A stretch of DNA of 64,000 nt from Eledone cirrhosa. Its lineage: Eukaryota. Shown here piece after piece: positions 11,381-26,300 of the stretch (its first letter is position 1; each line of letters begins with the position of its first letter). The notes beneath the pieces are model-generated. The model was given only the letters and a program-made list of their open reading frames with translations. It had not been told where the DNA came from and did no database searches. Location: positions 210,242,001 through 210,306,000 of the forward strand of contig OZ024740.1 of the NCBI GenBank assembly GCA_964016885.1, read 5' to 3'. Both the position numbers and the translations under genes were made by a program.

Positions 11381-14300
11381 CTACAGCTACCTACCACCAC
11401 CTCAGCCACATACAGCCACTTACAGCCACTTACAGCCACATCAGCTAATTACTGCCATCTACAGCCACCTACAGCCACCTCAGCTAATTACTGCCATCTA
11501 CAGCCACCTCAGCTACTTACATCCAGCTACACCCACATCAGCCACCTCAGCCACGTACAGCCACCTACACCCACATCAGCCACTTACAGCCACCTACAGC
11601 CATCTACAGCCACTTACAGCCACCTACAGCCACTTACAGCCACCTACAGCCACGTACAGCCACTTACAGCCACCTACAGCCACCTACAGCCACTTACAGC
11701 CACCTACAGCCACCTACAGCCACCTACAACCACCTACAGCTACCTACAGCCACTTACAGCCACCCACAGCCACCTACAGCCACTTACAGCCACTTACAGC
11801 CACCTACAGCCACCTACAGCCACCTACAGCCACCTACAGCCACCTACAGCCACTTACAGCCACCTACAGCCACCTACAGCCACCTACAGCCACTTACAGC
11901 CACCTACAGCCACCTACAGCCACCTACAGCCACTTACAGCCACCTACAGCCACTTACAGCCACCTACAGCCACATACAGCCACTTACAGCCACCTACAGC
12001 CACCTACAGCCACTTACAGCCACCTACAGCCACTTACAGCCACTTACAGCCACTTACAGCCACTTACAGCCACTTACAGCCACTTACAGACACTTACAGC
12101 GACCTACAGCCACCTACAGCCACCTACAGCCACTTACAGCGACCTACAGCCACCTACAGCCACCTACAGCCACTTACAGCCACCTACAGCCACCTACAGC
12201 CACTTACAGCCACCTACAGCCACTTACAGCCACTTACAGCCACTTACAGCCACTTACAGCCACCTACAGCCACTTACAGCCACCTACAGCGACCTACAGC
12301 CACCTACAGCCACCTACAGCCACCTACAGCCACCTACAGCCACCTACAGCCACTTACAGCCACCTACAGCCACCTACAGCCACCTACAGCCACCTACAGC
12401 CACTTACAGCCACCTACAGCCACCTACAGCCACCTACAGCCACCTACAGCCACCTACAGCCACTTACAGCCACCTACAGCCACTTACAGCCACTTACAGC
12501 CACTTACAGCCACCTACAGCCACCTACAGCCACTTACAGCCACCTACAGCCACCTACAGCCACTTACAGCCACCTACAGCCACCTACAGCCACCTACAGC
12601 CACTTACAGCCACATACAGCCACCTACAGCCACTTACAGCCACCTACAGCCACCTACAGCCACATACAGCCACTTACAGCCACCTACAGCCACCTACAGC
12701 CACTTACAGCCACCTACAGCCACGTACAGCCACCTACAGCCACCTACAGCCACTTACAGCCACCTACAGCCACGTACAGCCACTTACAGCCACCTACAGC
12801 CACCTACAGCCACCTACAGCCACTTACAGCCACCTACAGCCACCTACAGCCACTTACAGCCACCTACAGCCACTTACAGCCACTTACAGCCACCTACAGC
12901 CACCTACAGCCACCTACAGCCACTTACAGCCACCTACAGCCACCTACAGCCACCTACAGCCACCTACAGCCACTTACAGCCACTTACAGCCACCTACAGC
13001 CACCTACAGCCACCTACAGCCACTTACAGCCACCTACAGCCACCTACAGCCACTTACAGCCACTTACAGCCACCTACAGCCACCTACAGCCACCTACAGC
13101 CACTTACAGCCACCTACAGCCAACTACAACCACCTACAGCCACTTACAGCCACCTACAGCCACCTACAGCCACCTACAGCCACTTACAGCCACTTACAGC
13201 CACCTACAACCACTTACAGCCACCTACAGCCACCTACAGCCACTTACAGCCACCTACAGCCACCTACAGCCACCTACAGCCACCTACAGCCACTTACAGC
13301 CACATCAGCTAATTACTGCCATCTACAGCCACCTCAGCTACTTACATCCAGCTACACTCACATCAGCCACCTAAAACCACCTCAGCCACGTACAGCCACC
13401 TACACCCACATCAGCCACTTACAGCCACCTACAGCCATCTACAGCCACTTACAGCCACCTACAGCCACTTACAGCCACCTACAGCCACGTACAGCCACTT
13501 ACAGCCACTTACAGCCACCTACAGCCACTTACAGCCACCTACAGCCACGTACAGCCACTTACAGCTACCTACAGCCACCTACAGCCACTTACAGCCACCT
13601 ACGGCCACCTACAGCCACCTACAGCCACCTACAGCTACCTACAGCCAATTACAGCCAACTACAGCCACCTACAGCCACTTACAGCCACTTACAGCCACCT
13701 ACAGCCACCTACAGCCACCTACAGCCACCTACAGCCATCTACAGCCACCTACAGCCACCTACAGCCACTTACAGCCACCTACAGCCACCTACAGCCACCT
13801 ACAGCCACCTACAGCCACCTACAGCCACTTACAGCCACCTACAGCCACCTACAGCCACCTACAGCCACCTACAGCCACTTACAGCCACCTACAGCCACCT
13901 ACAGCCACCTACAGCCACCTACAGCCACTTACAGCCACCTACAGCCACCTACAGCCACCTACAGCCACCTACAGCCACCTACAGCCACTTACAGCCACCT
14001 ACAGCCACTTACAGCCACTTACAGCCACTTACAGCCACCTACAGCCACCTACAGCCACTTACAGCCACCTACAGCCACCTACAGCCACCTACAGCCACTT
14101 ACAGCCACATACAGCCACCTACAGCCACTTACAGCCACCTACAGCCACCTACAGCCACATACAGCCACTTACAGCCACCTACAGCCACCTACAGCCACTT
14201 ACAGCCACCTACAGCCACGTACAGCCACCTACAGCCACCTACAGCCACTTACAGCCACCTACAGCCACGTACAGCCACTTACAGCCACTTACAGCCACCT

Positions 14301-17300
14301 ACAGCCACCTACAGCCACTTACAGCCACCTACAGCCACCTACAGCCACTTACAGCCACCTACAGCCACTTACAGCCACTTACAGCCACCTACAGCCACCT
14401 ACAGCCACCTACAGCCACTTACAGCCACCTACAGCCACCTACAGCCACCTACAGCCACCTACAGCCACTTACAGCCACTTACAGCCACCTACAGCCACCT
14501 ACAGCCACCTACAGCCACTTACAGCCACCTACAGCCACCTACAGCCACTTACAGCCACTTACAGCCACTTACAGCCACCTACAGCCACCTACAGCCACCT
14601 ACAGCCACTTACAGCCACCTACAGCCACCTACAGCCACCTACAGCCACCTACAGCCACTTACAGCCACCTACAACCACTTACAGCCACCTACAGCCACCT
14701 ACAGCCACTTACAGCCACCTACAGCCACCTACAGCCACCTACAGCCACCTACAGCCACTTACAGCCACATCAGCTAATTACTGCCATCTACAGCCACCTC
14801 AGCTACTTACATCCAGCTACACTCACATCAGCCACCTAAAACCACCTCAGCCACGTACAGCCACCTACACCCACATCAGCCACTTACAGCCACCTACAGC
14901 CATCTACAGCCACTTACAGCCACCTACAGCCACCTACAGCCACGTACAGCCACTTACAGCCACTTACAGCCACCTACAGCCACTTACAGCCACCTACAGC
15001 CACGTACAGCCACTTACAGCCACCTACAGCCACCTACAGCCACTTACAGCCACCTACAGCCACCTACAGCCACCTACAGCCACCTACAGCTACCTACAGC
15101 CAATTACAGCCACCTACAGCCACCTACAGCCACTTACAGCCACTTACAGCCACCTACAGCCACCTACAGCCACCTACAGCCACCTACAGCCACCTACAGC
15201 CACCTACAGCCACCTACAGCCACTTACAGCCACCTACAGCCACCTACCGCCACCTACAGCCACCTACAGCCACCTACAGCCACTTACAGCCACCTACAGC
15301 CACCTACAGCCACCTACAGCCACCTACAGCCACTTACAGCCACTTACAGCCACTTACAGCCACCTACAGTCACCTACAGCCACCTACAGCCACCTACAGC
15401 CACTTACAGCCACTTACAGCCACCTACAGCCACCTACAGCCACCTACAGCCACCTACAGCCACTTACAGCCACTTACAGCCACCTACAGCCACCTACAGC
15501 CAGCTACAGCCACTTACAGCCACCTACAGCCACTTACAGCCACCTACAGCCACCTACAGCCACTTACAGCCACCTAGAGCCACCTACAGCCACTTACAGC
15601 CACCTACAGCCACTTACAGCCACTTACAGCCACTTACAGCGACCTACAGCCACCTACAGCCACCTACAGCCACTTACAGCCACCTACAGCCACCTACAGC
15701 CACCTACAGCCACTTACAGCCACCTACAGCCACCTACAGCCACTTACAGCCACCTACAGCCACTTACAGCCACTTACAGCCACCTACAGCCACCTACAGC
15801 CACCTACAGCCACTTACAGCCACCTACAGCCACCTACAGCCACCTACAGCCACCTACAGCCACTTACAGCCACTTACAGCCACCTACAGCCACCTACAGC
15901 TACCTACAGCCACTTACAGCCACCTACAGCCACCTACAGCCACTTACAGCCACTTACAGCCACTTACAGCCACTTACAGCCACCTACAGCCACCTACAGC
16001 CACCTACAGCCACTTACAGCCACCTACAGCCACCTACAGCCACCTACAGCCATCTACAGCCACCTACAGCCACTTACAGCCACATCAGCTAATTACTGCC
16101 ATCTACAGCCACCTCAGCTACTTACATCCAGCTACACTCACATCAGCCACCTAAAACCACCTCAGCCACGTACAGCCACCTACACCCACATCAGCCACTT
16201 ACAGCCACCTACAGCCATCTACAGCCACTTACAGCCACCTACAGCCACTTACAGCCACCTACAGCCACGTACAGCCACTTACAGCCACTTACAGCCACCT
16301 ACAGCCACTTACAGCCACCTACAGCCACGTACAGCCACTTACAGCCACCTACAGCCACCTACAGCCACTTACAGCCACCTACAGCCACCTACAGCCACCT
16401 ACAGCCACCTACAGCTACCTACAGCCAATTACAGCCACCTACAGCCACCTACAGCCACTTACAGCCACTTACAGCCACCTACAGCCACCTACAGCCACCT
16501 ACAGCCACCTACAGCCACCTACAGCCACTTACAGCCACCTACAGCCACTTACAGCCACTTACAGCCACTTACAGCCACCTACAGCCACCTACAGCCACTT
16601 ACAGCCACCTACAGCCACCTACAGCCACCTACAGCCACTTACAGCCACATACAGCCACCTACAGCCACTTACAGCCACCTACAGCCACCTACAGCCACAT
16701 ACAGCCACTTACAGCCACCTACAGCCACCTACAGCCACTTACAGCCACCTACAGCCACGTACAGCCACCTACAGCCACCTACAGCCACTTACAGCCACCT
16801 ACAGCCACGTACAGCCACTTACAGCCACTTACAGCCACCTACAGCCACCTACAGCCACTTACAGCCACCTACAGCCACCTACAGCCACTTACAGCCACCT
16901 ACAGCCACTTACAGCCACTTACAGCCACCTACAGCCACCTACAGCCACCTACAGCCACTTACAGCCACCTACAGCCACCTACAGCCACCTACAGCCACCT
17001 ACAGCCACTTACAGCCACTTACAGCCACCTACAGCCACCTACAGCCACCTACAGCCACTTACAGCCACCTACAGCCACCTACAGCCACTTACAGCCACTT
17101 ACAGCCACTTACAGCCACCTACAGCCACCTACAGCCACCTACAGCCACTTACAGCCACCTACAGCCACCTACAGCCACCTACAGCCACCTACAGCCACTT
17201 ACAGCCACCTACAACCACTTACAGCCACCTACAGCCACCTACAGCCACTTACAGCCACCTACAGCCACCTACAGCCACCTACAGCCACCTACAGCCACTT

Positions 17301-20300
17301 ACAGCCACATCAGCTAATTACTGCCATCTACAGCCACCTCAGCTACTTACATCCAGCTACACTCACATCAGCCACCTAAAACCACCTCAGCCACGTACAG
17401 CCACCTACACCCACATCAGCCACTTACAGCCACCTACAGCCATCTACAGCCACTTACAGCCACCTACAGCCACCTACAGCCACGTACAGCCACTTACAGC
17501 CACTTACAGCCACCTACAGCCACTTACAGCCACCTACAGCCACGTACAGCCACTTACAGCCACCTACAGCCACCTACAGCCACTTACAGCCACCTACAGC
17601 CACCTACAGCCACCTACAGCCACCTACAGCTACCTACAGCCAATTACAGCCACCTACAGCCACCTACAGCCACTTACAGCCACTTACAGCCACCTACAGC
17701 CACCTACAGCCACCTACAGCCACCTACAGCCACCTACAGCCACCTACAGCCACCTACAGCCACTTACAGCCACCTACAGCCACCTACCGCCACCTACAGC
17801 CACCTACAGCCACCTACAGCCACTTACAGCCACCTACAGCCACCTACAGCCACCTACAGCCACCTACAGCCACTTACAGCCACTTACAGCCACTTACAGC
17901 CACCTACAGTCACCTACAGCCACCTACAGCCACCTACAGCCACTTACAGCCACTTACAGCCACCTACAGCCACCTACAGCCACCTACAGCCACCTACAGC
18001 CACTTACAGCCACTTACAGCCACCTACAGCCACCTACAGCCAGCTACAGCCACTTACAGCCACCTACAGCCACTTACAGCCACCTACAGCCACCTACAGC
18101 CACTTACAGCCACCTAGAGCCACCTACAGCCACTTACAGCCACCTACAGCCACTTACAGCCACTTACAGCCACTTACAGCGACCTACAGCCACCTACAGC
18201 CACCTACAGCCACTTACAGCCACCTACAGCCACCTACAGCCACCTACAGCCACTTACAGCCACCTACAGCCACCTACAGCCACTTACAGCCACCTACAGC
18301 CACTTACAGCCACTTACAGCCACCTACAGCCACCTACAGCCACCTACAGCCACTTACAGCCACCTACAGCCACCTACAGCCACCTACAGCCACCTACAGC
18401 CACTTACAGCCACTTACAGCCACCTACAGCCACCTACAGCTACCTACAGCCACTTACAGCCACCTACAGCCACCTACAGCCACTTACAGCCACTTACAGC
18501 CACTTACAGCCACTTACAGCCACCTACAGCCACCTACAGCCACCTACAGCCACTTACAGCCACCTACAGCCACCTACAGCCACCTACAGCCATCTACAGC
18601 CACCTACAGCCACTTACAGCCACATCAGCTAATTACTGCCATCTACAGCCACCTCAGCTACTTACATCCAGCTACACTCACATCAGCCACCTAAAACCAC
18701 CTCAGCCACGTACAGCCACCTACACCCACATCAGCCACTTACAGCCACCTACAGCCATCTACAGCCACTTACAGCCACCTACAGCCACTTACAGCCACCT
18801 ACAGCCACGTACAGCCACTTACAGCCACTTACAGCCACCTACAGCCACTTACAGCCACCTACAGCCACGTACAGCCACTTACAGCCACCTACAGCCACCT
18901 ACAGCCACTTACAGCCACCTACAGCCACCTACAGCCACCTACAGCCACCTACAGCTACCTACAGCCAATTACAGCCACCTACAGCCACCTACAGCCACTT
19001 ACAGCCACTTACAGCCACCTACAGCCACCTACAGCCACCTACAGCCACCTACAGCCACCTACAGCCACCTACAGCCACCTACAGCCACTTACAGCCACCT
19101 ACAGCCACCTACAGCCACCTACAGCCACCTACAGCCACTTACAGCCACTTACAGCCACTTACAGCCACCTACAGTCACCTACAGCCACCTACAGCCACCT
19201 ACAGCCACCTACAGCCACTTACAGCCACTTACAGCCACCTACAGCCACCTACAGCCACCTACAGCCACCTACAGCCACTTACAGCCACTTACAGCCACTT
19301 ACAGCCACCTACAGCCACCTACAGCCACCTACAGCCACTTACAGCCACCTACAGCCACCTACAGCCACCTACAGCCACCTACAGCCACTTACAGCCACCT
19401 ACAACCACTTACAGCCACCTACAGCCACCTACAGCCACTTACAGCCACCTACAGCCACCTACAGCCACCTACAGCCACCTACAGCCACTTACAGCCACAT
19501 CAGCTAATTACTGCCATCTACAGCCACCTCAGCTACTTACATCCAGCTACACTCACATCAGCCACCTAAAACCACCTCAGCCACGTACAGCCACCTACAC
19601 CCACATCAGCCACTTACAGCCACCTACAGCCATCTACAGCCACTTACAGCCACCTACAGCCACCTACAGCCACCTACAGCCACGTACAGCCACTTACAGC
19701 CACTTACAGCCACCTACAGCCACTTACAGCCACCTACAGCCACGTACAGCCACTTACAGCCACCTACAGCCACCTACAGCCACTTACAGCCACCTACAGC
19801 CACCTACAGCCACCTACAGCCACCTACAGCTACCTACAGCCAATTACAGCCACCTACAGCCACCTACAGCCACTTACAGCCACTTACAGCCACCTACAGC
19901 CACCTACAGCCACCTACAGCCACCTACAGCCACCTACAGCCACCTACAGCCACCTACAGCCACCTACAGCCACCTACAGCCACCTACAGCCACCTACAGC
20001 CACTTACAGCCACCTGCAGCCACCTACAGCCACCTACAGCCACCTACAGCCACTTACAGCCACTTACAGCCACTTACAGCCACCTACAGTCACCTACAGC
20101 CACCTACAGCCACCTACAGCCACCTACAGCCACTTACAGCCACTTACAGCCACCTACAGCCACCTACAGCCACCTACAGCCACCTACAGCCACTTACAGC
20201 CACTTACAGCCACCTACAGCCACCTACAGCCACCTACAGCCAGCTACAGCCACTTACAGCCACCTACAGCCACTTACAGCCACCTACAGCCACCTACAGC

Positions 20301-23300
20301 CACTTACAGCCACCTACAGCCACCTACAGCCACTTACAGCCACCTACAGCCACTTACAGCCACTTACAGCCACTTACAGCGACCTACAGCCACCTACAGC
20401 CACCTACAGCCACTTACAGCCACCTACAGCCACCTACAGCCACTTACAGCGACCTACAGCCACTTACAGCCACTTACAGCCACTTACAGCGACCTACAGC
20501 CACCTACAGCCACTTACAGCGACCTACAGCCACTTACAGCCACTTACAGCCACCTACAGCCACCTACAGCCACTTACAGCCACCTACAGCCACCTACAGC
20601 CACTTACAGCCACCTACAGCCACTTACAGCCACTTACAGCCACTTACAGCGACCTACAGCCACCTACAGCCACCTACAGCCACTTACAGCCACCTACAGC
20701 CACCTACAGCCACTTACAGCGACCTACAGCCACCTACAGCCACCTACAGCCACTTACAGCCACCTACAGCCACTTACAGCCACCTACAGCCACTTACAGC
20801 CACCTACAGCCACCTACAGCCACTTACAGCCACCTACAGCCACTTACAGCCACCTACAGCCACCTACAGCCACCTACATCCACCTACAGCCACTTACAGC
20901 CACTTACAGCCACCTACAGCCACCTACAGCCACCTACAGCCACTTACAGCCACTTACAGCCACCTACAGCCACTTACAGCCACTTACAGCCACCCACAGA
21001 CACTTACAGCCACCTACAGCCACCTACAGCCACCTACAGCCACTTACAGCCACCTACAGCCACTTACAGCCACTTACAGCCACCTACAGCCACCTACAGC
21101 CACCTACAGCCACTTACATCCACCTACAGCCACCTACAGCCACCTACAGCCACTTACAGCCACCTACAGCCATACAGCCACCCACAGCCACCTACAGCCA
21201 CCTACAGCCACCCACAGCCACCAACAGCCACCTACAGCCACCTACAGCCACTTACAGCCACATCAGCTAATTGCTGCCATCTACAGCCACCTCAGCTACT
21301 TACATCCAGCTACACTCACATCAGCCACCTAAAACAACCTCAGCCACGTACAGCCACCTACACCCACATCAGCCACTTACAGCCACCTACAGCCATCTAC
21401 AGCCACTTACAGCCACCTACAACCACTTACAGCCACCTACAGCCACGTACAGCCACTTACAGCCACTTACAGCCACCTACAGCCACTTACAGCCACGTAC
21501 AGCCACTTACAGCTACCTACAGCCACCTACAGCCACTTACAGCCACCTACAGCCACCTACAGCCACCTACAGCCACCTACAGCTACCTACAGCCAATTAC
21601 AGCCACCTACAGCCACCTACAGCCACTTACAGCCACTTACAGCCACCTACAGCCACCTACAGCCACCTACAGCCACCTACAGCCACCTACAGCCACCTAC
21701 AGCCACCTACAGCCACTTACAGCCACCTACAGCCACCTACAGCCACCTACAGCCACCTACAGCCACCTACAGCCACTTACAGCCACCTACAGCCACCTAC
21801 AGCCACCTACAGCCACCTACAGCCACTTACAGCCACCTACAGCCACTTACAGCCACCTACAGCCACCTACAGCCACTTACAGCCACCTACAGCCACTTAC
21901 AGCCACTTACAGCCACCTACAGCCACCTACAGCCACCTACAGCCACCTACAGCCACCTACAGCCACTTACAGCCACCTACAGCCACCTACAGCCACCTAC
22001 AGCCACCTACAGCCACCTACAGCCACTTACAGCCACCTACAGCCACTTACAGCCACTTACAGCCACTTACAGCCACCTACAGCCACCTACAGCCACTTAC
22101 AGCCACCTACAGCCACCTACAGCCACCTACAGCCACTTACAGCCACATACAGCCACCTACAGCCACTTACAGCCACCTACAGCCACCTACAGCCACATAC
22201 AGCCACTTACAGCCACCTACAGCCACCTACAGCCACTTACAGCCACCTACAGCCACGTACAGCCACCTACAGCCACTTACAGCCACCTACAGCCACGTAC
22301 AGCCACTTACAGCCACCTACAGCCACCTACAGCCACCTACAGCCACTTACAGCCACCTACAGCCACCTACAGCCACTTACAGCCACCTACAGCCACTTAC
22401 AGCCACTTACAGCCACCTACAGCCACCTACAGCCACCTACAGCCACTTACAGCCACCTACAGCCACCTACAGCCACCTACAGCCACCTACAGCCACTTAC
22501 AGCCACTTACAGCCACCTACAGCCACCTACAGCCACCTACAGCCACTTACAGCCACCTACAGCCACCTACAGCCACTTACAGCCACTTACAGCCACTTAC
22601 AGCCACTTACAGCCACCTACAGCCACCTACAGCCACCTACAGACACTTACAGCCACCTACAGCCACCTACAGCCACCTACAGCCACCTACAGCCACCTAC
22701 AGCCACTTACAGCCACCTACAACCACTTACAGCCACCTACAGCCACCTACAGCCACTTACAGCCACCTACAGCCACCTACAGCCACCTACAGCCACCTAC
22801 AGCCACTTACAGCCACATCAGCTAATTACTGCCATCTACAGCCACCTCAGCTACTTACATCCAGCTACACTCACATCAGCCACCTAAAACCACCTCAGCC
22901 ACGTACAGCCACCTACACCCACATCAGCCACTTACAGCCACCTACAGCCATCTACAGCCACTTACAGCCACCTACAGCCACTTACAGCCACCTACAGCCA
23001 CGTATAGCCACTTACAGCCACTTACAGCCACCTACAGCCACTTACAGCCACCTACAGCCACGTACAGCCACTTACAGCCACCTACAGCCACCTACAGCCA
23101 CTTACAGCCACCTACAGCCACCTACAGCCACCTACAGCCACCTACAGCTACCTACAGCCAATTACAGCCACCTACAACCACCTACAGCCACTTACAGCCA
23201 CTTACAGCCACCTACAGCCACCTACAGCCACCTACAGCCACCTACAGCCACCTACAGCCACCTACAGCCACTTACAGCCACCTACAGCCACCTACAGCCA

Positions 23301-26300
23301 CCTACAGCCACCTACAGCCACCTACAGCCACTTACAGCCACCTACAGCCACCTACAGCCACCTACAGCCACCTACAGCCACTTACAGCCACTTACAGCCA
23401 CTTACAGCCACCTACAGTCACCTACAGCCACCTACAGCCACCTACAGCCACCTACAGCCACTTACAGCCACTTACAGCCACCTACAGCCACCTACAGCCA
23501 CCTACAGCCAGCTACAGCCACTTACAGCCACCTACAGCCACTTACAGCCACCTACAGCCACCTACAGCCACTTACAGCCACCTACAGCCACCTACAGCCA
23601 CTTACAGCCACCTACAGCCACTTACAGCCACTTACAGCCACTTACAGCGACCTACAGCCACCTACAGCCACCTACAGCCACTTACAGCCACCTACAGCCA
23701 CCTACAGCCACTTACAGCCACCTACAGCCACTTACAGCCACTTACAGCCACTTACAGCGACCTACAGCGACCTACAGCCACCTACAGCGACCTACAGCCA
23801 CCTACAGCCACCTACAGCCACTTACAGCCACTTACAGCCACCTACTACCACTTACAGCCACCTACAGCCACCTACAGCCACTTACAGCCACCTACAGCCA
23901 CCTACAGCCACCTACAGCCACCTACAGCCACTTACAGCCACTTACAGCCACCTACAGCCACTTACAGCCACCTACAGCCACTTACAGCCACCTACAGCCA
24001 CCTACAGCCACTTACAGCCACCTACAGCCACCTACAGCCACTTACAGCCACCTACAGCCACCTACAGCCACCTACATCCACCTACAGCCACTTACAGCCA
24101 CTTACAGCCACCTACAGCCACCTACAGCCACCTACAGCCACTTACAGCCACTTACAGCCACCTACAGCCACTTACAGCCACTTACAGCCACCCACAGACA
24201 CTTACAGCCACCTACAGCCACCTACAGCCACCTACAGCCACTTACAGCCACCTACAGCCACTTACAGCCACTTACAGCCACCTACAGCCACCTACAGCCA
24301 CCTACAGCCACTTACATCCACCTACAGCCACCTACAGCCACCTACAGCCACTTACAGCCACCTACAGCCATACAGCCACCCACAGCCACCTACAGCCACC
24401 TACAGCCACCCACAGCCACCAACAGCCACCTACAGCCACCTACAGCCACTTACAGCCACATCAGCTAATTGCTGCCATCTACAGCCACCTCAGCTACTTA
24501 CATCCAGCTACACTCACATCAGCCACCTAAAACAACCTCAGCCACGTACAGCCACCTACACCCACATCAGCCACTTACAGCCACCTACAGCCATCTACAG
24601 CCACTTACAGCCACCTACAGCCACTTACAGCCACCTACAGCCACGTACAGCCACTTACAGCCACTTACAGCCACCTACAGCCACTTACAGCCACCTACAG
24701 CCACGTACAGCCACTTACAGCTACCTACAGCCACCTACAGCCACTTACAGCCACCTACAGCCACCTACAGCCACCTACAGCCACCTACAGCTACCTACAG
24801 CCAATTACAGCCACCTACAGCCACCTACAGCCACTTACAGCCACTTACAGCCACCTACAGCCACCTACAGCCACCTACAGCCACCTACAGCCACCTACAG
24901 CCACCTACAGCCACTTACAGCCACCTACAGCCACCTACAGCCACCTACAGCCACCTACAGCCACTTACAGCCACCTACAGCCACCTACAGCCACCTACAG
25001 CCACCTACAGCCACTTACAGCCACCTACAGCCACTTACAGCCACCTACAGCCACCTACAGCCACTTACAGCCACCTACAGCCACTTACAGCCACTTACAG
25101 CCACCTACAGCCACCTACAGCCACCTACAGCCACCTACAGCCACCTACAGCCACTTACAGCCACCTACAGCCACCTACAGCCACCTACAGCCACCTACAG
25201 CCACCTACAGCCACTTACAGCCACCTACAGCCACTTACAGCCACTTACAGCCACTTACAGCCACCTACAGCCACCTACAGCCACTTACAGCCACCTACAG
25301 CCACCTACAGCCACCTACAGCCACTTACAGCCACATACAGCCACCTACAGCCACTTACAGCCACCTACAGCCACCTACAGCCACATACAGCCACTTACAG
25401 CCACCTACAGCCACCTACAGCCACTTACAGCCACCTACAGCCACGTACAACCACCTACAGCCACCTACAGCCACTTACAGCCACCTACAGCCACGTACAG
25501 CCACTTACAGCCACCTACAGCCACCTACAGCCACCTACAGCCACTTACAGCCACCTACAGCCACCTACAGCCACTTACAGCCACCTACAGCCACTTACAG
25601 CCACTTACAGCCACCTACAGCCACCTACAGCCACCTACAGCCACTTACAGCCACCTACAGCCACCTACAGCCACCTACAGCCACTTACAGCCACTTACAG
25701 CCACCTACAGCCACCTACAGCCACCTACAGCCACTTACAGCCACCTACAGCCACCTACAGCCACTTACAGCCACTTACAGCCACTTACAGCCACTTACAG
25801 CCACCTACAGCCACCTACAGCCACCTACAGACACTTACAGCCACCTACAGCCACCTACAGCCACCTACAGCCACCTACAGCTACCTACAGCCACTTACAG
25901 CCACCTACAACCACTTACAGCCACCTACAGCCACCTACAGCCACTTACAGCCACCTACAGCCACCTACAGCCACCTACAGCCACCTACAGCCACTTACAG
26001 CCACATCAGCTAATTACTGCCATCTACAGCCACCTCAGCTACTTACATCCAGCTACACTCACATCAGCCACCTAAAACCACCTCAGCCACGTACAGCCAC
26101 CTACACCCACATCAGCCACTTACAGCCACCTACAGCCATCTACAGCCACTTACAGCCACCTACAGCCACGTATAGCCACTTACAGCCACTTACAGCCACC
26201 TACAGCCACTTACAGCCACCTACAGCCACGTACAGCCACTTACAGCCACCTACAGCCACTTACAGCCACCTACAGCCACCTACAGCCACCTACAGCCACC

